NCBI GenBank assembly: GCA_965644295.1 | Contig: CBFFRP010000559.1 | Location: 14,207 to 78,206, forward strand | Length of the DNA stretch: 64,000 nucleotides | Direction: 5' to 3' | Source: Paraphysomonas bandaiensis | Lineage: Eukaryota; Protista; Chrysophyceae | In this document: positions 45,357 through 58,000 of the stretch, one piece after another | How positions within the stretch are numbered: position 1 is the stretch's first letter | Layout of the letters: each line of letters starts with the position of its first letter | The notes under the pieces: generated by a model | What the model saw: only the letters and a program-made list of their open reading frames with translations | Databases searched by the model: none | Told to the model about the DNA's origin: nothing | Made by a program: the position numbers and the translations under genes

Positions 45357-46342
45357 ATGATACTCATGAATACACGTATTGGAGTGACCTTCATCACCCT
45401 CTTCATAGCAGGTAACATCATCCTCTCTTTATCCCTCTATTCATCCATACATACATACCCATCCATCCATATACATACATCCCCATATCTCATATATACA
45501 TATATACAGGTGTAACTTATCATATGGCCAATGAAATTACACCACTTAATATTGAAGGAAATTCAACAGAGATTCAAATTGCATTACAATCAAATGAGAA
45601 TACTGATAGTCAAGAGTTGGGTCAAGGGGAGTGGGAGTGTACATGTGATCAATTGTTTTTCCCGACTAGTATACCAACATCATTACCATCATCAGGGCCA
45701 ACATATGCACCAACATATGCACCAACATATGGACCAACATTTTCACCAACATTTCAACCAACATCACCACCGACTTTTCAACCTACAATACGACCTGTAT
45801 TACCTAAGTCACCTACTGTTGCACCGAGTATTCGTAGTGCTAATCAACCTTCCAAATCACCTACTAGAAGTCCTACATGTTCTCCCACTTTGACCGTTTC
45901 TCCTACACAATCACCAACCACTACGAGCCCAACACCTGTACCGACCTCGTGTCCTTCAACTGTGCCAACCACTTTCCCTAGTGGTACCCCTACTATAATG
46001 CCTAGTGGCCAACCTACTTCCCTTCCATCCTCGCTCCCAACCGGATGTCCTTCTAGAGTACCCACTGGACTACCAACTGGTTTGCCATCAGGTTTTCCAA
46101 CTGTCTCCCCCAGCGCCCCTACTCCAGCTCCTGTAGACAACTCCCCTACATTCACTCCTACTCGTGCTCCAACCTTCAAACCTACGGCCACTCCAACTTT
46201 CAAACCGACTTTCGCGCCTACTAGTGCTCCTACCCTTCAGCCTACTGTCGTGGCTATGGTCCCCGTAAGACGGCGCAGAGGAATACCTGAGGCAGGCGAT
46301 GAACACAACTCTCCTGAATCAGAGAGAAACATAATTGTATAA
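45357..46342 (+). CDS. Secreted Pro/Thr/Ser-rich (PT-repeat, mucin-like) protein
   Basis: Exon 1 MILMNTRIGVTFITLFIA is signal-peptide-like. An intron (~45412-45509) is followed by an exon with PTYAPT/PTFQPT/PSGQPT repeats. Confidence 0.85.
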
Positions 46343-47154
46343 GCACATTTTATTCTACTGGAAGCTGGCATCATCATTGTCGAGTTTAGCAGAACGTTGT
46401 ACAGGATAATGCCCGCTTATATTTAGCATTGCTTCTGCGTAGCGCTATGTCGTGTGTTGAAGATTAATTTCCATATTATATTATTGTTCTCCCTATTCTA
46501 TGTAGTGCTGATGCTGGGATCAGCAGGGCAGTGTCTAAAAAGTATAAATTAACCACAACACTATTAACTATTAATGATTTAAAATTATGACGAGTTTTGA
46601 ATTGAATTTTAATACCATCTCTGATCTAAATCACTCCTCTAACTACAAGAAGAGTCTTTCTTATCCTCATATATTTTATCTGAAGTGTTACGTGTATACT
46701 TGCTGCTTGCTAGTTTCACCATTTCGATAACAATGTTGGATCTGACGATCACTCCATTCAGCACTTAATACCAAATATGCGTAAAATTTATATGGTAAGT
46801 GTGTGTACCACAAACGAATTCGTATAGATCTCACTGCAAAGTTAATCAGGACGCCAGAATATAAAAGAGGTAATAAGCATGAAGAATGACGACAACCTGC
46901 AATAACTATTTTATGGCTATTGCTTCAACGGATAAGGTTAAATCGATAACACTAAGGAACTTAATGAATATTTTGATGGAGGTTGTATGCATACCGGGTC
47001 GGATCCTCATCCCTTAATAACCCTCAACCACGATGTACTGCATTTCATACAAAACTTTACACATTGGCTTAAGCTAGTTTCTCTTTTCCTACCCTGTAAC
47101 TTTGATATTTTTGACGTACTTTCAAGCTGTATGAACCGAGGTTTCTACTTTCAA

Positions 47155-47650
47155 GCCCTGTACAAAGTCGGACTCGCACCTTTTCGTGGTGTTCTGGGGG
47201 ATAAGTACCGGAGAGATTTCTCCGGGAAACTAAGGTGAGTCTACTCATAGCCTAATGCTTTGTGGTACAAGAGGGACACTAATATAAGTGTCACTGGTGT
47301 AGATGTCTCTGGGTCTTGGCGAATAAGCAGGCATCCGATATTGGGCCCACCTCAAGGCCATCCGGGGTATTGGGCTGCCTGCTGAAGTCAAGCATCCGGG
47401 ATGTTCACCTTAAGGACTCAAAAATCCTGAAGTTAACAGATGCCAGGTGTATCAACATTCTTCTTGCTCACGGTGTTTGCTTTGAGTGATAGAATGAAAG
47501 TAGTTGCACCTTGGTGCTTGCGGTGACGCACAGGCATCGTAGCGTTAATAGTAGGATATCAGAGTTAAACCCTAATTATTAAATTACAATGCTAAATTAG
47601 TTCTGACTCTTAAATGCCTATTGCTAATAATCAGACATTCACTACTAAGG
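47155..47650 (+). repeat. Dispersed repeat family A, copy 2 (near full length)
   Basis: Aligns by eye over ~480 bp to the reverse complement of 62605-63087. Confidence 0.88.
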
Positions 47651-48123
47651 GTTTCCAGTTCCAACCTATTGAAAATCGTAAAAGTCGTGATATCACCGTT
47701 GTCATGAGTTTTGTGATATGTCTGATAAACGATAAACACAGGAATGAGAAACTTACGTTAGCGATAGACAACTTTGGAAATAATTAACACACAGTTCAGT
47801 AATTTGCTCAATTGTACTTGTACGCAGAGGATAATAGCACAATTATAAAAATGAAATTGATAGATCTATTTATCAGTACTCGCACCAATTGTCATAAACA
47901 TAATACTATTCAAAAGAGGCGACATCAGGTTATTGGCTATCCGTAACAAAAGTAAAATATAAAAAATCTCTACGTACAACATTGCAACGTGCATAAGTAA
48001 AACCAGTCAGCCGATGCTTAAGCAGCCGTGGAATAGATTTCGACATATACACGTCACATACTCGCATAGATTTGACTCCCATACCAGGCTACAACACATA
48101 GATATATTATCATTTCGGGCGCA

Positions 48124-50997
48124 TCACTTGTTAGCTGCCTGCACAATAGATTCCACATCGTACTGCCCCCTGAGGAAAAGGGAATATTAACATTAGAAAG
48201 AAGTCCCATACACTATTGACTACCACCATGCGGCAATATAACATTTACACCACACACTGAAGAAGAGTGTACTGTAGTGGTATACTAACCTCTTCATTGG
48301 AGATTCTTCAGCCGATTCATAAACCTCTAGTTTTTCATATGCACTACATACGCACATGTAAACATATACACATCAGTGTGCTAATAGTCATTACCGAGTT
48401 ATTATCTTGATCACTGCGGTCCAATGTTTGTAGTCATTACCATCACCAGCCATGAATTCACCAGTTGGGAGGGGGGACAATTCTGAAAAAACCTATGGTA
48501 TACAAGCGTAAATCATAGAAGCACAAAGCGAAATGTAACACTATCCTGTTCTGCGTAAAAATATAATACATTGCTACCATACATAATTTAAAAAGTGCAT
48601 ACACAAGTCACAATTTCTTTCTGGACTGCATACAAATCACTATCGAAAACGCATTTTGAAAACTTACCCTGGGAGCTAGCACAAACCTATATTTCTTGAC
48701 AGCCTCCTTCAAGTCATAGTCTGAAGTTGCTAGATCAAAGAGAGATATCTCACTCTGTCCTGTGAAAAGCGATCGCGCAGCCATAATACCAGTGGACATA
48801 TGTTTCGGGAAATATCTGGGGTACATATGCATGTAAGTACATGTAGCACTCAAATTTCACTACTAGAGTCTAATTTATGCGGAACTTTACATACATACTG
48901 AACACTATATGTAGGTAAACTACATACGCATTATACCATCATCTATCATAAAGAACGTCCCACAAAATACACACCACAGGCTCACCACATCAAAAATAAC
49001 GATTTCCACAGATATAATAGCATTGGTAAATACATTTCTTATAACATAATGTGTTCTTTATTCCAGTATTACAACTCATATCGCAAGCTAACCTGTAGTC
49101 CTGAACCAATCTATACTGAAATAGCTTATACGGTTTATCTGTCAGTGCATTGTTCCCCTTCTTATAGTCCTAACGGAAAGAATTAAAATACGAAGCAATG
49201 CGAAAAGTATGAATTACAAACATAGTACATCATACCTAAAAATACTATACGATGTACTGCACAATACACACATTTCAATACACAACCATTACATTATAAA
49301 CGAAAGCATGCATCGTATACTGAATTACATAACACAAGACGAATATTGCAAACACCCAAGTTCTGTTATCTACTACAATACATATTATCAACTTATCTAG
49401 ACAGGACCTACCTCTTCACTGCTATATATATCCAATCTACCCCTGTCAATGACAGCGTAACATTCGACAAGCTCTCCTCCGTCATCAATAGGTTCACGCC
49501 ACCACAATCTCCCACGTGCCTTGCTCATTGCCTCCTATTCATAGTTACGGTTTAGGATATTCTATTCATACACTGCAGAGCTCATCTGAAATTCAGTGGT
49601 TTGGTACAGCAAGCATATCACAGCTCTAGCAGCAAGGCAAACAGTATATATAACATGTCACACCGCAGTAGATTCATTAACCTTCTTTAGTAGAGTTACT
49701 TCTTCCATTTCAACTTCAACATCTACAGGACTCCGACTTCGCTCATCGCTTGTATGACCTTTTGTTGGTGCTGATGACGACGTCGGAGTATGGAGGTAAT
49801 CTGGAGAGAGTGCTGATTGAAGCTTGTCTACGAAACGAAATGGATTACACAGATTGCATACATACAACTATACAACAGCTACACCAAAGGCATTCCTGAA
49901 GATATTTGGTAACACATTCAATAATTAACGCATCATTAAGACTGTGTACCACGACGTACGAAGCAGCGCATAGTACAGCATGGATTGAGATAATACCTGA
50001 TAGAGAGGTCGTAACAGAATGTTTTCTATCAGGATGAAACTTTTTATAGCATCTCAAACCCTCATATACACACAATATAAAACCAGCTGTAAAGAGCACA
50101 GTGCTGGATATACAGACTGGTAGGGACACTTTAGCCCAAAAGTTAAATAGCAGCGTTAAAAACAGGCATACAAGTGTATATGCTCCCAATTTCATGATGA
50201 ACTTTCGTTGTGCACGCATATGTTCTGCAACAACAATGACAGCATTGTAATCAGATCCTTTCAAAGCAATTGATGGTCCATGAATGATAACCAGAGCACA
50301 TTGAGTTGTTACAAATGTACCGAGAGCTAATGCAAGATGAATAGAAGTATCAAATAGAAAATTCAAACCAAACCATGTGAATCCAGTGGTTGGGATTGTG
50401 ATTTCGCCAATGCCTGTGCATTATCATCAGCAGAGAGTTATAAGATAAGCAGATAATGCATCATATGTCCACATATCTATCACACATATCTTTAAACTAA
50501 ACCACTGAAAGATCTCATAGTGTCTCTTAAAGATCTCATACATCACTTCACTTCACTTCTATACATGTGTGTCTCTTAAAGATCTCATACATCACTTCAC
50601 TTCTATACATGTGTCTCTTAAAGATCATACATCACTTCACTTCACTTCTATATATATATATGTCTCTTAAAGATCTCATACATCACTTCACTTCACTTCT
50701 ATACATGTGTGTCTCTTAAAGATCTCATACATCACTTCTATACATATGCGCCTCTTAAAGATCTCATACATCACTTCACTTCTATACATGTGTCTCTTAA
50801 AGATCGACAATACATATATATACATATATACGTATACCGTATATTCACTTACCGACGTATGCCATTGCGGCTATAAATGCAGCTTGAGTGCCAACTGACT
50901 GCAAATTCGCCACATAAAGTTCAATTAATCGACTTTGCATGGCTAGCATGCCTTTTTCTAAATTAGCTTTGAGTAATTTCTTATCAGCAACCAACAT
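48124..50997 (-). CDS. Orai/CRAC-like 4-TM channel protein fused to a C-terminal PH domain
   Basis: TM1 LQSVGTQAAFIAAMAYVGIGE aligns without gaps to Orai1 [21 protein letters not shown], followed by three more hydrophobic helices. Later exons encode GRLWWRE...CYAVIDRGRLDIYSSEE...YRFVLAP...EFMAGDGNDYKHWTAVIKII (PH pattern). Stop TGA at 48124. Confidence 0.7.
50507..50805. repeat. ~45-bp imperfect tandem repeat (~7 units) in intron 1 of the Orai-like gene
   Basis: Unit TGTGTCTCTTAAAGATCTCATACATCACTTCACTTCTATACA. Confidence 0.9.
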
Positions 50998-51298
50998 GAT
51001 AGGGCGTAGAGGGGTGAGAACCCGATATGAAAGGTGCCCTAGAAGGTCTTGTTAAGATGAGTGTTAATGTATATATACATGCATATGGTCACAACTGCAG
51101 AGCTCTGCTTCTTCAAAATACAGATGAATACCGATGGAATACAGTGAGGATGTTAAGAGTAGTAAACTGAAAATCTATTAAGGATACTATTGGACTACGC
51201 AGTATTCTCTGTATATGTGTACGTGCGATGTTTGTACTATATTGACCTCCACTAACATATAATGAACCAATAGAGTCGACGATAAGCCATATATGTTC

Positions 51299-51402
51299 AT
51301 ATGATTGGTTATAATCCACTAGTAGAGTAAGATTATGTTGATATGATTGGCTCTTCTCCACCAATAGAATACACGATATACAGTATATATTAATATGATT
51401 GG
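51299..51402. promoter_or_regulatory. Three ATATGATTGG (reverse CCAAT-box) motifs in the bidirectional Orai-like/MFS promoter
   Basis: Copies at 51299, 51341 and 51393. Confidence 0.55.
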
Positions 51403-51564
51403 CTCTAATTGACTAGTAGGATGTATGTGGACATGTACGTATGATGCATATGTTCATATGGTGTGATTGTAACTGGCCTCAACTGCATTCAATTGCAATC
51501 CATACACTCAATTAGCCATAACCAGTTGCATAATCTTTCTTCTATTACTTCAACTGGTTTATGC

Positions 51565-54001
51565 ATGATGAGTCAAGATGATAAAAGTGATAAAAGTGAT
51601 GACTGTATGCTTGAACAGTCTGCCAGTAAGACACTATCAAACAAAGTCACACATGACTCCTCATTAAGTCCATCAACTTCATGGATGCTCTCTATGTGCT
51701 GTTGCTTTAAGGATCCATCTGACAAGCAAGCAGCGTATATTATCTTTGCATCTGTATTGCATTTTTTAGCGATAGGTCTCACGAGTGTTGCGCTCAAATT
51801 GCTTATAAACAAAAGGTGCCCCTGTCCAATAAGGGGACTCTATCATGTTAATATTTATACATAGAATTGCTGGAGATGCACAAGAGCCGAACAGTGAGAG
51901 TGCATTTGTGGATACTACGAATGTATTTATTCATGCATTTATGAGCTTTTGCTTTGGCCGATACACATCAGGCCTAGGGGATTACTTAGGACGCAAACCA
52001 ATGCTAATCCTATCTTCTTTAGCGGCTATCTTTACTCGACTAGTATATCTTCACAGTATGAAGCCAGGAGGTTTTTATTTTGCAGCTTTTGTTGGTGGAG
52101 GATTGGATTGTTTCTACTTTTCTGCATTGGCTTGGATTTGCGACCTTTATCCGGAGGTGGGAAGCTAGATATTTCCTGTATTCGGATGCTGTACTGACAT
52201 GCTATGTCTATCTATTATCCGATGCGGATATGTTATGTCGTATTATGTATTTGACGAAATGTGCGTATGTTAATATCCCTGATATGATTTTTACATATGT
52301 TGTTGATACTTTTCTTGATTCCTCTACCTGTCACAGGGGCGGAGGCGAAGTAAGAGAGTCGGTCTGTTTGTTGGCATTGTTGGAGGTCTGGCTCTCACCA
52401 TCGGTGCCCCGTTGGGAGCTGTGATTGCAACCTATGACAGTCCCTCTACACCATTTATTATTGCCCCGTTCGTATCAGTTTTGTGCATTATGTTCCTTAT
52501 CATACTACCTGTTGATGACACTATTGGGATACAGAAGGAGATTCATGATATTGTCCGGGTGTGGGGAAATCGAGGGGTTCCTGCAAATATTAGAGACTAT
52601 CTGAAAGTTAATTTCCCAATCAGCTTTGGCTCGTTGGTGATAATCCAAAGGGCGAAGTATCCTGTTGATTGGGTCACAAACTTCCTCATGCACATTTGTA
52701 CCTCCACTCTGAGTATGATCATTATTCAATTCTGTTTGGGTGTATTCGATTGGAGTGCTCCTGTAGCGTCTGCAGCGGTCCTGTCTATCGGTTTGTGTTT
52801 AGGTATCTTTGCTCCATCACTGCTCCATCGTTTCAATCCTGTACCTTTGGCATTTTACATGATGACGGTATTTACAATTGGATTGGCCCTTATGAGTGTA
52901 GCTGGAACTGGGTTATCGATTGCCCCTTTACTAGGTAATAGAGGAATTCTGTGCTACATGTGCTTTACTTTTTATTTCTATTTTGATGTACAGTTCATTT
53001 ATATATTTTTAGAATATATTCTTACTCGCTTCAAGTAACATCCTTTGTACACAGGGGTAATTGGTATTATATGTATGGCAGTAAGCACCAGTTGGGTTCC
53101 ATCTCTACAAACCAATCTGACCAACCAATACGGTCAAGACGTTCAAGGTATTTATTTTTATGTTTGCATGCCTAGCCATTCCGGAAAGTTGAGTGTGCAT
53201 TTTGTGAATTAGTCCCATTGTTTGCGAACATCACGATTTGAGAATAGCGTAGTTCATGTTTGCTGATGTATATTACAGGCTTAGTTAGTGGTCTTCTGGG
53301 ACAACAGAATGATTTGTCGATGCTTCCAGCATATGTTATATCTTTGGGTTTCACGCTGTCATTGCGACGGGAAGGTAGTGTCTATTGGCCAGGTTCCTCT
53401 TTTGGCGCCGTAAGTCTCGTGTAGATCTGATATTGGTTATATGCCCCGTATTGTATACACAGTTACCCTTTTTCGACCTACTGTTGGTAATGTACACCGT
53501 ACATGTGGTTCATTGGTATTTTGCACTTGGTCCTGTGGAATTTTGTATGTTATAATGTGTGCTTGTGTATAGAATGTGTTCAATGCCCAACGGTATACTC
53601 ATGTATATTGTATATGTTACTGCGCTAGATAATCTCTAGCGTCCAGTCTTCTATTTCATATGGTACTGAGAGTGGACGCATTTATATCGTACAGTGACAC
53701 CTTCATCTGCGTTTCGTTTTTGTCCCTCACGTATTGTCCTCTGCAGGCTGCGTTTATCGGACTTATATCTATATGTCTACATTACTCTATCTATAAATCT
53801 GAGGCGACTCATCTCTCTCGTCGAGTCTCGTCCACAACCACAGCCAGTCCTACTGAACGTGAATCTATGGTGGTAATGCGAGCTATCAGTACCGAATTGG
53901 AAAATGGTGTTTCGAGTCAGGCGGTGTCTCCTTTTGCCGAGGAACAGAATAATGCGACACCACCACCAATGGAGTCGAAAGGTGGGGGTGGAGAAGTGTA
54001 A
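51565..54001 (+). CDS. Major facilitator superfamily transporter (TetA/DHA1-like)
   Basis: Motif A-like SGLGDYLGRKP, AWICDLYP, motif C-like GLALTIGAPLG, and multiple TM exons; stop TAA at 53999-54001. Confidence 0.88.
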
Positions 54002-55022
54002 TAATAGCAACACACGGAGCTCTGAGGATATACCAGTCGTGATTTGTATCTATTCTACAATGGATTTTGTCTCGTTATATATATGATACACTTCGTTGTG
54101 AACTAACGATCATGAAGGTCCTCCTCAGTCGCTCAAGTATGCCATTGACACTCTACACATTTAATTGGATGCACTTTCATTTGTTTATTACGAAAATAAC
54201 GACAACGGAATACTTCTTCAGTATTCATTGACATAATTATAGTTTATGCACTGAATTTTTTAAGAATATTTCTTTCTATGTCATTAAATAATATAGCAAC
54301 TTTTGGTTTCTGCATATCAAGCCTTGTAATATACCGTTTTTTACTTTAAAATATAATATACAGAATTAATAATTCATTACGAATTTTTCCAATTGAAGAT
54401 ATATATCCATGGAATATATATGCGATCAAAAATTTATACGGATAGCCACCGTTAGGAAGATATTTACTATACATAGTGCCGCTCAGCTTAGCCATCGTCT
54501 GGGGTCTGTGGCAGTACACTTAGTAAATTTTTAAGTTGAATTGATTTTTAAAAAGAATTAAGTATATCATTGATGTGGGTTTTGTTGTCGTCAAGATTAA
54601 GTACTTCCTGGTATATAGCTTGTAAATTTTTAATGAGGACGGAGAAATATTAATTGATGTGATGTGTATGGTTCAAAGTTGGAGTGGAACCCACTCTAGT
54701 CCAGTCGAGCTCTTTGTGTCGTCATCAGAAATGAGAAGCACGCAACTACTTCTCGTCACCATCATATCATAATAATACTTACTTGATATTATGCTGCTAA
54801 AAATATAGCAAAAAACGGGGGAGAATTTTTGACTCTCTTTCTCATATTCCCCTGTTTTTTACAGCTCATAAATAACGTGAAATACGGACACATTTACTTT
54901 ATTTAATCCAAATTTCGCTAAACACATGAATTAGAAATATGTTTGACCAAAATCTATTTATCTTGCTGTATGCATGGGCATCTCTTTGACATTTTTCGTG
55001 AAAAAAGAGTATTCGCATTATT

Positions 55023-58000
55023 TTATAAAAATAAGTCTGCGTATCCTGGAGCCCATAATGCGCTCGACATCAAAGCTTCAGACTTTGGTATGTCTTTCCA
55101 CTCATCTTTCTCGGCTTCCTCCTCCCCCTCAACGACTTCATCGACCATAGATAGTATTTTCGTCCGCTTCCACACCGTGAGATAGTCTCGACTAAAAGGA
55201 AACGACACAAGAGGGACAGAAGCAACACAGTGATAGAACTCACTCAATTTAACCTTTAAAACACGTTAGCCAAATTCTTAGCGCAGTAGCATGTGTGTTC
55301 TCTTCCTACCTGAAAATCAGGAGAGCTAGATCTACCCCACGGAGACTGAGGAGAACCACTCGCGCACCCAGTGTGAATTAACTCCCCAACATGAAGTATA
55401 TAATCACTGAAAGCACTGAAGGAAAAATTTATAAAGGACAGTATATGTATCTATTGCTTTCCGACAGTGTGCGGCTACTGACACGGAGATCTAATATATA
55501 GGGCACCATATAAACTGTCGGGCACACAGGTAACATCAATAGATAAAATCGATGTGATTCACTTCAACAGGGTGCTCATAGTACTGCAAGAATATACAAT
55601 ACTGTTGCAGTACATAAACCGCAGAGAAGGAGTTGCATACACACCACGAAGACCAATGGTATCACAGATACTACCTCTCATTATTAGATTCAGCATCTTG
55701 TGATGATACTATATGCTCAAGGCAAGGTAAAGCCACAGAATCTGCTTCATCAGGGTAGCACAAAAAGAGGGTGAGGCCCTTACATCCCTTGCCTTTTAGA
55801 TTCAAGAGGGTCTGGGGCGTTCCTTTACGGACCTGATGAAAGCAAGGAAAGTACGTATCATCACACAATAGTAATTCGTATGATGTTAATCCACTTCATG
55901 CACTCCACAAAAATACAACAAACATTGCCCTCTGCACATATGCATACCTTGGTCCAGGATTCCTTTGGTGGGTTGATATCGTAAGGCAAAACCGAACAAC
56001 CATAACGTTGTAGCAAATACGACCAATAACCCTTCCCAGCACCTGAATAAGATGTTGTATAAATACAAAAGTACCAGAACTTTCTAGAGCGTCGCAAACT
56101 GAGAAAACATGACAAAGCGCATAAATTATGAGTTTACCTATCTCTACAATAGGAGAAAATTTTCTCATAACATTAAGGGCTTCTGGTGTCGGTATCGCCC
56201 AAGCGTACTTCTCAAGCAATGGCTGACCTAATACCTACCCAAAAAAATCACCTATCCAGTCTTCCATACATATACATATATAGTGTATAGTGCACATGTA
56301 TCTTACATCTATACGGATCCAGTCTTCCATACATATACATATATAGTGCACATGTATCTTACATCTATACGGATCCAGTCTTCCATACATATACATATAT
56401 AGTGTATAGTGCACATGTATCTTACATCTATACGGATCCAGTCTTCCATACATACATATACATATATAGTGTATAGTGCACATGTATCTTACATCTATAC
56501 GGATCCAGTCTTCCATACATACATATACATATATAGTGTATAGTGCACATGTATCTTACATCTATACGGATCCAGTCTTCCATACATATACATATATAGT
56601 GCACATGTATCTTACATCTATACGGATCCAGTCTTCCATACATATACATATATAGTGTATAGTGCACATGTATCTTACATCTATACGGATCCAGTCTTCC
56701 ATACATATACATATATAGTGTATAGTGCACATGTATCTTACATCTATACGGATCCAGTCTTCCATACATATACATATATAGTGTATAGTGCACATGTATC
56801 TTACATCTATACGGATCCAGTCTTCCATACATATACATATATAGTGTATAGTGCACATGTATCTTACATCTATACGGATCCAGTCTTCCATACATATACA
56901 TATATAGTGTATAGTGCACATGTATCTTACATCTATACGGATCCAGTCTTCCATACATATACATATATAGTGTATAGTGCACATGTATCTTACATCTATA
57001 CGGATCCAGTCTTCCATACATACATATACATACATATATAGTGTATAGTGCACATGTATCTTACATCTATACGGATCCAGTCTTCCATACATATACATAT
57101 ATAGTGTATAGTGCACATGTATCTTACATCTATACGGATCCAGTCTTCCATGCATACATATACATATATAGTGTATAGTGCACATGTATCTTACATCTAT
57201 ACGGATCCAGTCTTCCATACATATACATATATAGTGTATAGTGCACATGTATCTTACATCTATACGGATCCAGTCTTCCATACATATACATATATAGTGT
57301 ATAGTGCACATGTATCTTACATCTATACGGATCCAGTCTTCCATACATATACATATATAGTGTATAGTGCACATGTATCTTACATCTATACGGATCCAGT
57401 CTTCCATACATACATATACATATATAGTGTATAGTGCACATGTATCTTACATCTATACGGATCCAGTCTTCCATACATATACATATATAGTGCACATGTA
57501 TCTTACATCTATACGGATCCAGTCTTCCATACATATACATATATAGTGTATAGTGCACATGTATCTTACATCTATACGGATCCAGTCTTCCATACATATA
57601 CATATATAGTGTATAGTGCACATGTATCTTACATCTATACGGATCCAGTCTTCCATACATATACATATATAGTGTATAGTGCACATGTATCTTACATCTA
57701 TACGGATCCAGTCTTCCATACATATACATATATAGTGTATAGTGCACATGTATCTTACATCTATACGGATCCAGTCTTCCATACATATACATATATAGTG
57801 TATAGTGCACATGTATCTTACATCTATACGGATCCAGTCTTCCATACATATACATATATAGTGTATAGTGCACATGTATCTTACATCTATACGGATCCAG
57901 TCTTCCATACATACATATACATACATATATAGTGTATAGTGCACATGTATCTTACATCTATACGGATCCAGTCTTCCATACATATACATATATAGTGTAT

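Noticed and set aside
45844-46203. Antisense VG-rich ORF
   Set aside because: Mirror of the PT-repeat codons on the coding strand.
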